Source of the DNA: Candidatus Curtissbacteria bacterium
GTDB taxonomy: Bacteria; Patescibacteriota; Microgenomatia; Curtissbacterales; GWA2-41-24
NCBI GenBank assembly: GCA_024654445.1
Contig: JANLHP010000013.1
Location: 26,528-90,527 of the forward strand
Length of the DNA stretch: 64,000 nt
Reading direction: 5' to 3'
Part shown: positions 1 to 9,160 of the stretch, one piece after another
Layout: each line of letters starts with the position of its first letter
How positions within the stretch are numbered: the stretch's first letter is position 1
Made by a program: the position numbers and the translations under genes
Notes under the pieces: generated by a model
Database searches by the model: none
Told to the model about the DNA's origin: nothing
What the model saw: only the letters and a program-made list of their open reading frames with translations

Positions 1-946
1 GTATGCTTTGGGCCCGACTCATGAAGAAGTAATCGTGCCGATCGCGACAGAGTTTGTAAAGTCGTATAGAGATTTACCATTTTACGTTTACCAAATACAA
101 AACAAGTTTCGCGACGAACCAAGAGCAAAAGGTGGGCTTTTACGGGGACGTGAGTTTTTAATGAAGGATTTATATTCGTTCCATGCAACAGAAGCTGAAA
201 TGTTGGAATATTACGAGGTTATGAAAGGTGCATACAAAAAGGTTTTTGAAAGAGTCGGATTGGACGCTATTGAAACGAGGGCTGACGGAGGGACTTTTTC
301 GGAATTTTCCGACGAATATCAAGTTATTTGTGAAAGTGGCGAAGATGAAATCATTTATTGTCCTGGGGGAGATTATGCGGAGAACTCTGAAATTGCTCAA
401 GCCAAAGAAGGTCAAGAATGCGTTTTGGGTCACGGATCCTTGAAGCGGGCAAAGACTATTGAAGTTGGAAATATTTTTCCGTTAAGGGATAATTTTTCTA
501 AAACTTTTGGCCTCACTTTTAAAGATAAAGATGGAAAAGAACAGCCTGTGATGATGGGTTGTTACGGTATCGGGATTTCCAGGCTGATGGGGTCGATCGT
601 TGAGGTTTTCAATGATGACAAAGGGATTACTTGGCCAAAAGGGGTTAGTCCTTATGACGTTCATCTTGTGCATATTGAAGATCCGGGAACTGAGCAATGG
701 GCAAAAGAAACTTACGAGAAATTAACTAAATCCGGAATTGATGTTTTATGGGATGACAGAGAAGATGCTAGTGCAGGACAAAAATTTGCAGATGCTGATT
801 TAATTGGGATTCCAGTAAGACTTATTGTTTCCAAGAAGACTGGAGGAAGTAAAGTTGAATGGAAAGAAAGAGCGTCCAAAGATAGTGAATTAATAAGTCT
901 GGATGAAGCCGTTAAGAGAATAAGCAGTTCTGGCCAGCCTCGTTAG
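1..946 (+). CDS. proS: prolyl-tRNA synthetase, C-terminal part (5' end lies outside window)
   Basis: Reading frame is open to the window start. Class II aaRS catalytic motifs (FRDEPRAKGGLLRGREF, GCYGIGISRL) are followed by an anticodon-binding region. TAG stop at 944-946. Confidence 0.85.
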   Translation, partial: YALGPTHEEVIVPIATEFVKSYRDLPFYVYQIQNKFRDEPRAKGGLLRGREFLMKDLYSFHATEAEMLEYYEVMKGAYKKVFERVGLDAIETRADGGTFSEFSDEYQVICESGEDEIIYCPGGDYAENSEIAQAKEGQECVLGHGSLKRAKTIEVGNIFPLRDNFSKTFGLTFKDKDGKEQPVMMGCYGIGISRLMGSIVEVFNDDKGITWPKGVSPYDVHLVHIEDPGTEQWAKETYEKLTKSGIDVLWDDREDASAGQKFADADLIGIPVRLIVSKKTGGSKVEWKERASKDSELISLDEAVKRISSSGQPR

Positions 947-984
947 ACTTGTTGTAAGCACTTAGTGTAAAATCTTCCTTTAAT

Positions 985-2097
985 ATGTCGTATCAAGTAA
1001 CAAAAGGTGCAAAAGGCAAAGTGGACGTAAAAGTCGATGTTCCAAAGGACGAATTTGACCAAACTTACGACCAAGTTCTTGCTGCTTTAGGACGAGATGC
1101 AAAAATAGCAGGATTTAGGCCTGGTAAGGCTCCTAAGGATGTTCTTGTTGGACATGTTGGTGCGAACAAAATTCTCAATGAAGCAGCCGGTTTTTTGATA
1201 AACAAACACCTGGGAGAAGTTTTCGAAAAGGAAAAGTTTTTCCCAATAGATTCGCCTAAAATTTCGATTTCGACCCTGGCCCCAGGTTCTGCTTTTTCTT
1301 TTACGGCCTCTTTTACTCAGAAACCCCAAATTAAAATTGGTGATTGGAGAAAGATAAAAATAGAGAAGGTTAAGCCCAAAGCGATTGCGAATACGGACGT
1401 AGACGAGTCGATTAAAAATATTTTTGAAGCATGGAAGAAACAAAAAGCTTCAAAGGAGCCAAAAGAGCCAGAGGAGTCAAGAAAGTTTATTTATGACGCG
1501 CGAGGCGAGAAAATATTTTTGAAAGATGAACCAAAGAAGTCAGAAAAAAGTGGAAGTCCTTCGACTAAAGCTCAGGACAAAATTGATGACAATTTCGCAA
1601 AAGCGATCGGAGCGAGAGATCTAGCGCACCTAAAAGAACTTGTCAGGAAAGATCTGGAGACTATTGTTACGGATCAAGTGGAAGCGAAAGTGGAGCAAGA
1701 GCTTTTTGAAAAGTTGGTCGAAATGACTGAAGTTGAGGTGCCGGAGATATTAGTTGACGACGAACTCAATAGGATTTTAGTGAGGCTTTCTTCGCAACTA
1801 GAACAGCAAGGAAGGGATTTAGATTCTTATCTTAAAGAAGAGAAAACGACGATTGATGAGCTTAAAACTAAATGGAGAGAACAAGCAGAAAAGAATGTTA
1901 AAACGACACTGGTAATGGATAAGATCGGGAGAGATGAGAAAGTTTCTGTCTCTCAAGAAGAAGTTGAGACTGCACTCAGAGGGGTTGGAGAAGCAAATTT
2001 GACCGACGAACAAAAAGCGGACATGGAAAGATACGTAACGCTTTCTATATTCCAAGCAAAGACTTTGGACTTGGTTAAAAAAGCAGTAGCTTTATAA
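985..2097 (+). CDS. tig: trigger factor (short form)
   Basis: N-terminal ribosome-binding signature GFRPGKAPKDVL, 370 aa. Sits next to proS. Confidence 0.85.
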   Translation: MSYQVTKGAKGKVDVKVDVPKDEFDQTYDQVLAALGRDAKIAGFRPGKAPKDVLVGHVGANKILNEAAGFLINKHLGEVFEKEKFFPIDSPKISISTLAPGSAFSFTASFTQKPQIKIGDWRKIKIEKVKPKAIANTDVDESIKNIFEAWKKQKASKEPKEPEESRKFIYDARGEKIFLKDEPKKSEKSGSPSTKAQDKIDDNFAKAIGARDLAHLKELVRKDLETIVTDQVEAKVEQELFEKLVEMTEVEVPEILVDDELNRILVRLSSQLEQQGRDLDSYLKEEKTTIDELKTKWREQAEKNVKTTLVMDKIGRDEKVSVSQEEVETALRGVGEANLTDEQKADMERYVTLSIFQAKTLDLVKKAVAL

Positions 2098-2139
2098 ATT
2101 CCCCCTAAAATTGATTCAAGGTGTATAATTAGCCTCCAA

Positions 2140-2994
2140 ATGAGAGAAAGGGTTGGGCCATTTTTAAGGAATCCAAGGAGAGTTGCGTTCAGCTCTGGGG
2201 TTCTTGCCGCAGCGTTTTTCTCAGGCTGTGTTGACTCAGACGCACCGGATAATAAGGTATCAACGCCTACATAAACCCCAACGGCAGGTCGACAATTCGA
2301 GAGAGCAACTTCTACTCCTGAGCCCACCGTGGTCACAAAAACCCCAACTGTTGTTTCACCGAAAGCATCACCTGAGCCCCAAGCAACTGCTTTGGCAGGA
2401 AACGATAGCGGAAGAGCATTGGAATTGGACGGTTTTGGCGACGATGCGGTCAAGTTTAACGGAGAGGGTTATGATTTCACTGCTTTGCCTGTTCGAGTAG
2501 AAGCAAGAATCAAACTCAACGAATCACTTACACCTGGATTGTCTAGGTTCGAAGGCGATACCGTGCTTGCAAAAGACGAAGCGATTGCTTTTTTTGCTGC
2601 CTTAGCTGCTTGTCCTGATGCAGGAATGGCTTTAGTTATTGATGACGGAGATCCAGTTTGCGGGCCAAAGGTCCAACGTGGCGTTTGGAAGGACATTGGT
2701 TTTGTTTACGACGGGGAAACTGTCACTTTTCTTCAAGGTGGAAAGGAAGTTGAAAAAAGAGATTGGCAGAGCCAGGTTCCCCTTGAGAATGGATTAGTAG
2801 TTATCGGAAGGAGTTCTGAAGGAATTACTCCTAAGATATGGAATGGGTTTATGGACTTTGTTTGGGCGGCAAACAAAGATGGGGTTATTTTTATGGTGGT
2901 TTTTGATAGAGATTTTTACGATTCGGTGAAGAATAGAGCTGGGACACCTGAAGGAGACGCAAAGATTGTTACAGTAACGGATAATTTACCTTGA
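2140..2994 (+). pseudogene. putative lipoprotein interrupted by an in-frame TAA (2272-2274); pseudogene, sequencing error or readthrough
   Basis: ATG at 2140 encodes a signal peptide with a lipobox (VAFSSGVLAAAFFSGC), then a TP-rich linker. A single TAA follows, and the same frame stays open through the 2329..2994 ORF (a T/P/S-rich linker continues). An extended -10 (TGTATAAT) lies at 2122-2129. Confidence 0.4.
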
Positions 2995-3058
2995 TAAAAA
3001 CAAGCTAAAGTTTTAGAATGAAGAGTCGATTCGATGGCAACTAGGTTGTCTGAGTTCC

Positions 3059-3137
3059 GTCATTGCGAGAAGCGGAGCGACGAAGCAATCTAATTAGAGT
3101 TTGAGATTGCCACGCTCATATATTCGCTCGCAATGAC
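3059..3137. repeat. structured palindromic intergenic element (copy R1): outer 11-bp inverted repeat GTCATTGCGAG/CTCGCAATGAC with a nested 7-bp inverted repeat GCAATCT/AGATTGC
   Basis: Perfect inverted repeats read directly from the sequence. Related copies at 50951-51097 (inside ychF), 39099-39167 and 12711-12896. Confidence 0.6.
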
Positions 3138-3178
3138 AAAGAATTATGCTTGAATTAGAGAGGATGTGCATTACTTGA

Positions 3179-4018
3179 TTGGCAAAAACCATTGTTACCC
3201 ATTTTTCTCCAGATTTTGACGGAATACCCGCGATTTGGTTATTGAAAAAATTTCATCCCGATTTTAAAAACGCCAACGTCGTCTTTTGCCCTGCAGGAGG
3301 GACTTACAATAACGAGTCGGTAGACTCTAATCCGGACATTGTTCATGTCGACACAGGCATGGGGAAGTTTGACCATCATCAAACGAATGATTTTACTTGT
3401 GGAGCTCAGCTTGTTTACGAGCATTTAGTCAAAGAAGGATATGTAGCAGAAGATGATGAGGCCTTGGCTCGAATGGTCAAGATTTTTACCGAGGTAGATC
3501 ATGCATGGGACGTTTACAAATGGCCAGAACCGGAAAGTGACAGGTGGGAATTTGGGTTGCCGAGCATTTTAGTTGGTTGGAAGGTCAATTTTCCGAAACA
3601 AGACGAAAAGTACGTTGAGTGGATGATGTCGCCGCTGGACGCGATTTACAGGATTATGCAGTTTAAAGTGAAGGCGGAAAAAGAATTAGAAGAGGGTAAG
3701 GAATTTAAGACGCGCTGGGGAGAAGGAATTGCGATGTATACGCCAAACGACGCGGTTTTGGATGCCGCTATTAAAAAAGGGTTCGCGCTTGTTGTCAGAA
3801 AAGACCCAAAAAGAGGTCATGTGCGAATAACTGGTTCCAATAATCACAAGGTCGACCTAACGCGCGCGTACGAAATGTTTCAGAAGAAAGATCCCAACGC
3901 AACGTGGTTTCTGCATGCCTCCAAAGTTTTACTTAGAAACGGGTCGACCAGAAATCCCACTATGAAACCGACTAACCTTGGGATAGATGAAGTAGTTGAG
4001 GTTCTGGAAAAAGCGTAA
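3179..4018 (+). CDS. DHH-family phosphoesterase (NrnA-like)
   Basis: Motifs HFSPDFDG and FDHHQTN (DHH), 279 aa. Confidence 0.7.
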   Translation: MAKTIVTHFSPDFDGIPAIWLLKKFHPDFKNANVVFCPAGGTYNNESVDSNPDIVHVDTGMGKFDHHQTNDFTCGAQLVYEHLVKEGYVAEDDEALARMVKIFTEVDHAWDVYKWPEPESDRWEFGLPSILVGWKVNFPKQDEKYVEWMMSPLDAIYRIMQFKVKAEKELEEGKEFKTRWGEGIAMYTPNDAVLDAAIKKGFALVVRKDPKRGHVRITGSNNHKVDLTRAYEMFQKKDPNATWFLHASKVLLRNGSTRNPTMKPTNLGIDEVVEVLEKA

Positions 4019-4019
4019 T

Positions 4020-4412
4020 ATGCTTAAAAAAACTAAATGGTTAGTCAAAGAAGGAGCTTTACGAGTTAAATATATGACCACAAAAGATTGTATTTTTTGC
4101 AAAATAGTAAGCGGAGAAATTAAATCTAATTTGATCGCTGAAACTAAAAAGGCGATTGCTATTCATGACATTAACCCTGTTGCTTCAACTCACATTCTTA
4201 TTATTCCAAAAAAGCATATTGATTCGGTTTTGACAGTAAGCGAGGAAGACAGCGGGGATATAATAGAGTTATATAGAGTTGCGAAAAAGATAGTGGAAGA
4301 TAAAAAACTTGATGCTTTCAGACTGACTTTTAATGGCGGGAAATATCAACATGTGCCCCATTTGCACATGCATTTGATATCAGGAAGTAAAGTAGAATGG
4401 TCAAGACTTTAA
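4020..4412 (+). CDS. HIT-family (histidine triad) protein
   Basis: Histidine-triad motif HVPHLHMHLISG and CIFCKIV N-region. Start placed at ATG 4020 (TAATATG junction with the upstream gene); ATG 4074 is also possible. Confidence 0.8.
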   Translation: MLKKTKWLVKEGALRVKYMTTKDCIFCKIVSGEIKSNLIAETKKAIAIHDINPVASTHILIIPKKHIDSVLTVSEEDSGDIIELYRVAKKIVEDKKLDAFRLTFNGGKYQHVPHLHMHLISGSKVEWSRL

Positions 4413-4448
4413 AGAAAATCATTATATGCGAGAGGAAGGTGATTTTAT

Positions 4449-4637
4449 ATGGCTACTAAAGTCGTAGCACAACCAGGCGAATCAGTAGATTCACTAATTA
4501 GAAAATTTAACAAAAAGGTCCAAGCCGAAGGAATTTTAATGGAGCTTAAAAAAAGAGAGCATTATCTAAAGCCTTCTTTAAAGAAGCAACAAAAAATTCA
4601 GATGGCTCGTAAAAAATTTATTAAGAGAAAGATTTAA
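4449..4637 (+). CDS. rpsU: 30S ribosomal protein S21
   Basis: 62-aa basic protein with an S21-like sequence (SLIRKFNKKVQAEGILMELKKREHYLKPS). Confidence 0.85.
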   Translation: MATKVVAQPGESVDSLIRKFNKKVQAEGILMELKKREHYLKPSLKKQQKIQMARKKFIKRKI

Positions 4638-5086
4638 TGTCACTTTTAGATACTATCAATTCTGATTTGACTGCCGCAATGAAGGCGAGGAACCCGACTG
4701 TGGTTTCCTCCCTTAGAATGGTGCTTTCAAACCTTAAGACCGCTGCAATTGCCAAGGGTGCAGACTTGGAAGACGACGAAATTGTTTCGGAGATATCAAG
4801 AGTGGCGAAGCGACACAAAGAATCGATTCAAGCTTTTGAAAATGCAGGTCGAGCGGAACTTGTTGAAAAAGAAAAAAAGGAACTGGCAGTAGTTTCTAAG
4901 TACTTGCCTGAACAAATGAGCGATGAGGAAGTAAGTAGGATTGTAGATGAAGTTATTGCCCAGACGGGTGCCGCGACGATTGCAGATTTGGGCCGTGTAA
5001 TGAGCAGCGCAATGATTAAGATAAAAGGCCAAGCTGATGGTTTCGTTGTTTCTGCCTTAGTTCGCGAAAAATTATCCGCTAAGTAA
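4637..5086 (+). CDS. yqeY: GatB/YqeY-domain protein
   Basis: Start overlaps the rpsU stop. YqeY-like N-terminus (LLDTINSDLTAAMKARN). Confidence 0.8.
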   Translation: MSLLDTINSDLTAAMKARNPTVVSSLRMVLSNLKTAAIAKGADLEDDEIVSEISRVAKRHKESIQAFENAGRAELVEKEKKELAVVSKYLPEQMSDEEVSRIVDEVIAQTGAATIADLGRVMSSAMIKIKGQADGFVVSALVREKLSAK

Positions 5087-5090
5087 TTTT

Positions 5091-5492
5091 ATGTTGACTG
5101 TTTTGATTCGGACTGATACCCGATATCCTGTTAATAGAAAGGCTATAAGAAAGGCAGTTTTTGACACTTTTCTGAAGCATGGAATTGTCTCCAGTTGTGA
5201 GGTCTCTGTTTTTATTGTGGGGGAGCGAAAAATGAAAGAGCTTTCAGAGAAATATTATGGTGATAGCGATCTTCACGAAGTATTTTCGTTTCCGCTCGAG
5301 GACTCTGAATCCTCGTCAGAAAATAGGGGTTTTGTTAATTCGCCTGATGACAAATTGAGACTGGGTGATATAGTGTTATGCTGGCCGCAGGTTGTTATGC
5401 TTGCCGGCCAGGAAGGCATAATGGTGGACGAAGAAATTTCCTTCTTAACCGCTCACGCTGCCGAGCATTTACTTGGAATTCATCACGAGTAA
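5091..5492 (+). CDS. ybeY: endoribonuclease YbeY (rRNA maturation factor)
   Basis: Metal-binding motif HAAEHLLGIHHE (H-x3-H-x5-H) at the C-terminus. Confidence 0.85.
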   Translation: MLTVLIRTDTRYPVNRKAIRKAVFDTFLKHGIVSSCEVSVFIVGERKMKELSEKYYGDSDLHEVFSFPLEDSESSSENRGFVNSPDDKLRLGDIVLCWPQVVMLAGQEGIMVDEEISFLTAHAAEHLLGIHHE

Positions 5493-5507
5493 CAGGATCT
5501 ATTTAAC

Positions 5508-7112
5508 ATGACCGTTTTCTACCGTAAATACCGACCGCAGAAATTTTCTGACCTTGTCGGTCAAGAAAATATAAAAGAAATACTTTTGGCACAGTTGTCA
5601 TCTGGCAAGATAAGTCATGGATATTTATTTTCCGGGCCAAGAGGTACGGGGAAAACTTCAACTGCTAGAATTTTTGCAAAGGCCGTAAACTGTCAGGCCT
5701 ACCAGAAACCAGTTACCAGAAACCAGAAACTGAATTTTGGTGAGCCTTGCAATAAATGTATTTCGTGTAGGGCGATTGTTGATGGTTCGCACCTTGATCT
5801 GATTGAGATTGACGCCGCTTCCAACCGGGGCATCGAAGAAATACGAGACCTTCGGGAAAAAATTAAACTTTCGCCTGTTTTTTCCCAGTTTAAAGTGTAC
5901 ATAATAGACGAAGCGCACATGTTGACGACCGAAGCGTTCAATGCGCTTTTGAAAACTTTAGAGGAGCCTCCTGCACATGCAATTTTTATTCTCTGTACAA
6001 CAGCTGTTGAAAAGTTGCCTCAAACGATAATTTCCAGACTTTCCAGAATAAAGTTCGCAAGAGCAAACAATGAATCGATAATTCGTGCACTCGAAAAGAT
6101 TGCCAAAAGCGAAGGAATAAAAGTTGACCGTGATGCCCTTGTCGCAATTAGTAGAGTAGCAGATGGTTCTTTTAGAGATGCAATTTCAATTTTCGATCAG
6201 GCTGCTGCAAGTGGGCTAGGTGTTACCGCGGAGCAGATAACAAAATCGATCGCAGTTTCTGGCTGGAACCAGACTTCAGAAATTGTCGGTTTTCTGATGC
6301 ACAAAGATTTGAAGGCCGCGATCGTTTTGATTGATGATTTTGCCAAAGAGGGAGGGGATGCCCAGCTTTTAACTAGAGAAATTATTGCAGTTGTTGAAAA
6401 AATTCTCTTTTTAAAAATCGGAGTTGCCGATACTCTTTCAGACTTAGATTCTGCGCGCAGAGAAAAGATAAACTCACTTTCCGAAGACATAAGTTTTGCG
6501 GATGCTCAAAATCTGCTCAAGTTACTTTTAATTGCAGAAGGCGAAATGAAACTTTATCCGCTGCCAAAAATTTCTCTGTTTCTAGCTTTGTGTAAATATT
6601 GTGGTGATAACCTTCCTCAAGAGCAGCTTGCAGTCAAAAGAAATGAAAGAGTTGCTGAAGAGCCCAATTTGGAAGAGAAAAAATCAGGGAAAGAAAAAGT
6701 TGAAGTAACTGTTGATACTGGAGGGGATTCTGGCGAGATAAAATTAAGTGCAAAAGGTAAGGTGGGGTCACTATCTAACATAGAAGATAAGTGGAAGCAC
6801 TTTTTGGAGAAAGTGCGGCCCGCAAACGCTCATCTTGTTGCGCTTCTTCGTTCAACTAGACCGATGGAGTTTGATGGTGTTAATCTAGTACTAGAGGTTT
6901 TTTACAAATTTCACAAGGAGAAGTTAGAGGAACCCAAGATAGCAAAATTGCTTGAGGAAACGTTATCTGACGTGTACGGTCAAAAGATCAGTCTAAGAAC
7001 AGTGCTTGCACAAAAAAGGTCAAAGTTACCCACACCGGTTGAAAAAAGTGACGTTGTTGATGTTAGCAGCGAAGATCTCTCTAAACTTGCCCAAGAGATA
7101 TTTTCTAAATGA
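5508..7112 (+). CDS. dnaX: DNA polymerase III subunit gamma/tau
   Basis: Walker A GPRGTGKTS, AAA+ clamp-loader sensor motifs, zinc module NC..PCNKCISC. A tandem-repeat insertion lies at 5699-5731. Confidence 0.9.
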   Translation: MTVFYRKYRPQKFSDLVGQENIKEILLAQLSSGKISHGYLFSGPRGTGKTSTARIFAKAVNCQAYQKPVTRNQKLNFGEPCNKCISCRAIVDGSHLDLIEIDAASNRGIEEIRDLREKIKLSPVFSQFKVYIIDEAHMLTTEAFNALLKTLEEPPAHAIFILCTTAVEKLPQTIISRLSRIKFARANNESIIRALEKIAKSEGIKVDRDALVAISRVADGSFRDAISIFDQAAASGLGVTAEQITKSIAVSGWNQTSEIVGFLMHKDLKAAIVLIDDFAKEGGDAQLLTREIIAVVEKILFLKIGVADTLSDLDSARREKINSLSEDISFADAQNLLKLLLIAEGEMKLYPLPKISLFLALCKYCGDNLPQEQLAVKRNERVAEEPNLEEKKSGKEKVEVTVDTGGDSGEIKLSAKGKVGSLSNIEDKWKHFLEKVRPANAHLVALLRSTRPMEFDGVNLVLEVFYKFHKEKLEEPKIAKLLEETLSDVYGQKISLRTVLAQKRSKLPTPVEKSDVVDVSSEDLSKLAQEIFSK

Positions 7113-7522
7113 TCAAAAAGCTTTACCTTATAGTTTTTATTATTTCTCCGCTTGTTCTTTCCGGTTGTCTGCCTAAGATTGGTGGGGGAGAGAAAAAGGC
7201 AGAAGCTGATCAATTTGTTCAAGGTTCGGTGGTTCCGAGTTTTCCTCAGACTGTCCCTTTATATAAAGATGCTAAGACCGTCGAGTCTTTTGAGAGCATG
7301 GATTCTTGGGGAGCGAGTTTTGTAACAGAGGAAGATTTAAATAAGGTGGTTGAATTTTATGGAACGAGCCTGCCTGCTCTTGGTTGGGAGGCAGATCTTA
7401 AAAAAAACGCTTCTTATTTTACTTACAATATAAAAAATGAGCAGTACGTTGGTACAATTGTTATAAATAAGGCGTCTGACGGCAAGCGGACCGCAATATT
7501 AGCTTCTCTTACTACCAGATAA
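7109..7522 (+). CDS. lipoprotein
   Basis: ATGA overlap with the dnaX stop. Signal peptide with lipobox LVLSGC. Confidence 0.55.
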   Translation: MIKKLYLIVFIISPLVLSGCLPKIGGGEKKAEADQFVQGSVVPSFPQTVPLYKDAKTVESFESMDSWGASFVTEEDLNKVVEFYGTSLPALGWEADLKKNASYFTYNIKNEQYVGTIVINKASDGKRTAILASLTTR

Positions 7523-7564
7523 AATTTGACGGCCAATTTTTGGGTTGATAAGATTGAATTGTCC

Positions 7565-8182
7565 ATGAAGAAGGTATTTCTTTTGCCCCTTTTCGTAATT
7601 CTCCTTGCTGTTTTCTCTTTTGATGCGTTTGCAATTTCCAACGACCAGTCTGTTGGGAAAATGGGGGAGAGGCTTGAGGAGTTAAGGCTAAAGAGGCAAG
7701 AGATCCGCGACAGGAATTTAGAAAAAAGACAAATGTTGCAGGAGAATTTACAAGAGAATAGGGAAGCGAAGAAAGAACAGTTCAAAGGCGAGGCGGCTAC
7801 AAGGATTAGAAATGCCTTTGCAGTAATCCTTAGGCGTTATAATGCAGCTCTTCTGAGATTAGACAAAATATCCGAAAGACTTGCTTCGAGAATTGACAAG
7901 CTTAAGGCCAAGGGGGTTGACACGTCAAAGGCGGAAGCCGATCTAGCAGCAGCCGAGGCAGCCGGGGCAGAAGCGCAAGCTGCAATAGACGCCGCCCAAA
8001 CTGCTGTTGACTCGATAGATACGTCGTCTGGTGATGTAAGAAGTGTGGTTTCTGCGGCTAAAGATGCGGTAAAAAACGCGAAAGAATCTCTTAAGAAGTA
8101 TCATAAGGCATTAGTCCTTGTAACCCGAGACCTAAAGGCATCGGCTGACTTAAGAAGCGAAGAAGGTGAACATGCAAACTAG
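7565..8182 (+). CDS. secreted coiled-coil protein (start probably ATG 7565; ORF track starts at 7526)
   Basis: Signal peptide MKKVFLLPLFVILLAVFSFDAFA. Remainder is charged, Ala-rich and helical. Confidence 0.5.
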   Translation: MKKVFLLPLFVILLAVFSFDAFAISNDQSVGKMGERLEELRLKRQEIRDRNLEKRQMLQENLQENREAKKEQFKGEAATRIRNAFAVILRRYNAALLRLDKISERLASRIDKLKAKGVDTSKAEADLAAAEAAGAEAQAAIDAAQTAVDSIDTSSGDVRSVVSAAKDAVKNAKESLKKYHKALVLVTRDLKASADLRSEEGEHAN

Positions 8183-8438
8183 AAAATCTGGGCTTTTAAA
8201 TTTAATAATACTTATTTCGGTGGCGGTTGTTGGTGCTGCACTGTTAGTGTTTGGTGTTTTAGACTTAGGAGACTTCAAGAAAAATAGTGGCATAAGCCAA
8301 GATGAACAAGTTAGACGGTTAGAGACCTTAGGAGGGTCGGACGAGGTTGACGATATAGAAGTTTATCTTAATGACACTGATGTTGAGAATGTCGACAGTG
8401 AGTTAAGCGAGGTAGACGAATCTCTTCAAAGTCTCTGA
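8166..8438 (+). CDS. small membrane-anchored acidic protein
   Basis: One N-terminal TM segment and an acidic C-terminus. Overlaps the upstream gene. Confidence 0.4.
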   Translation: MNMQTRKSGLLNLIILISVAVVGAALLVFGVLDLGDFKKNSGISQDEQVRRLETLGGSDEVDDIEVYLNDTDVENVDSELSEVDESLQSL

Positions 8439-8485
8439 ACCCAGCACACTCTCTTGACAAAGTCCTATAGTTAAGATACCATTCG

Positions 8486-9133
8486 TTGATTATGGCAATG
8501 AATTACATTGAAGCCCCCAGAGGAGCTTCAAAAGCAAATCTTGAACAATATGCCAATGGTATTGGCCAAATGGAGCAACTTGCCCGAAGCCTTCAATCTC
8601 AAGAACTACTTCCAGAAAGATTTGCACCAGAACCATCAAGGCTACGCACTTCTCTAGAAGGTAGAGTCCGTCAGGAAACCCTTACGATTGGCGGTAAAAC
8701 TTCACAAGAACTTTTAGGAGCACTAACTCAAGGTGGTTTTAGAATCGGCTCTTATGCCAGAAGCATGATGGAAAGTCCTGCTTTCACCACTTTGCCGGAA
8801 CCTCAAGAAATAGACCTAGTTCGCTTACAAGTTAAAGACTTAGGAATCAGCAAAAACATACCCACAACCGATGAAATATACGCAAAAGCTCAAGAATTAG
8901 GTCTTGACCTTTGCCCTGCCGAAGTCGGCCCTCAATTACGTCTTAAATATAAGGATCAACCACGCGGAGAATGGGTTACTATAGGAATGAAGCAAATTCC
9001 TGCTTCCGATGGCTATCCTAATGTGTTTGAAGTTGGTCGCCATGGTCGTGGGTTATGGCTCCCTAGCCGTTGGACTAGGCCTGACCTCTGGTGGAATCCC
9101 GGCGATCAGTTTGTTTTCAGTCTCCGCAAGTAA
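8486..9133 (+). CDS. hypothetical protein
   Basis: 215-aa ORF with no recognisable motif. Convergent with the Fic gene. Confidence 0.5.
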   Translation: MIMAMNYIEAPRGASKANLEQYANGIGQMEQLARSLQSQELLPERFAPEPSRLRTSLEGRVRQETLTIGGKTSQELLGALTQGGFRIGSYARSMMESPAFTTLPEPQEIDLVRLQVKDLGISKNIPTTDEIYAKAQELGLDLCPAEVGPQLRLKYKDQPRGEWVTIGMKQIPASDGYPNVFEVGRHGRGLWLPSRWTRPDLWWNPGDQFVFSLRK

Positions 9134-9160
9134 TCTTGGCTTCTTAAACTCTTAAGTTCT

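Noticed and set aside
170-697. Antisense and alternative-frame ORFs inside well-supported genes. Examples: 170-433(-), 228-443(+), 482-697(-), 1087-1443(-), 5658-5941(-), 16481-17398(-), 26010-27102(-), 30231-30878(-), 36854-37225(+), 61503-62396(-).
   Set aside because: Each is fully embedded in a gene with strong homology-type motifs on the other strand or frame. Their compositions are low-complexity shadows of the real frame.
6640-6700. Programmed -1 frameshift site in dnaX (A AAA AAG type, as in E. coli tau/gamma).
   Set aside because: Only GAGAAAAAATCAG is present, with no canonical slippery heptamer plus downstream hairpin. Not supportable from sequence alone.
7109-7112. Possibility of a recoded genetic code (UGA or UAA as sense), considered because of the in-frame TAA at 2272.
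   Set aside because: TGA terminates dnaX in an ATGA overlap. TGA, TAA and TAG all terminate well-supported conserved genes at expected lengths. The single TAA case is better explained as a pseudogene, sequencing error or readthrough.
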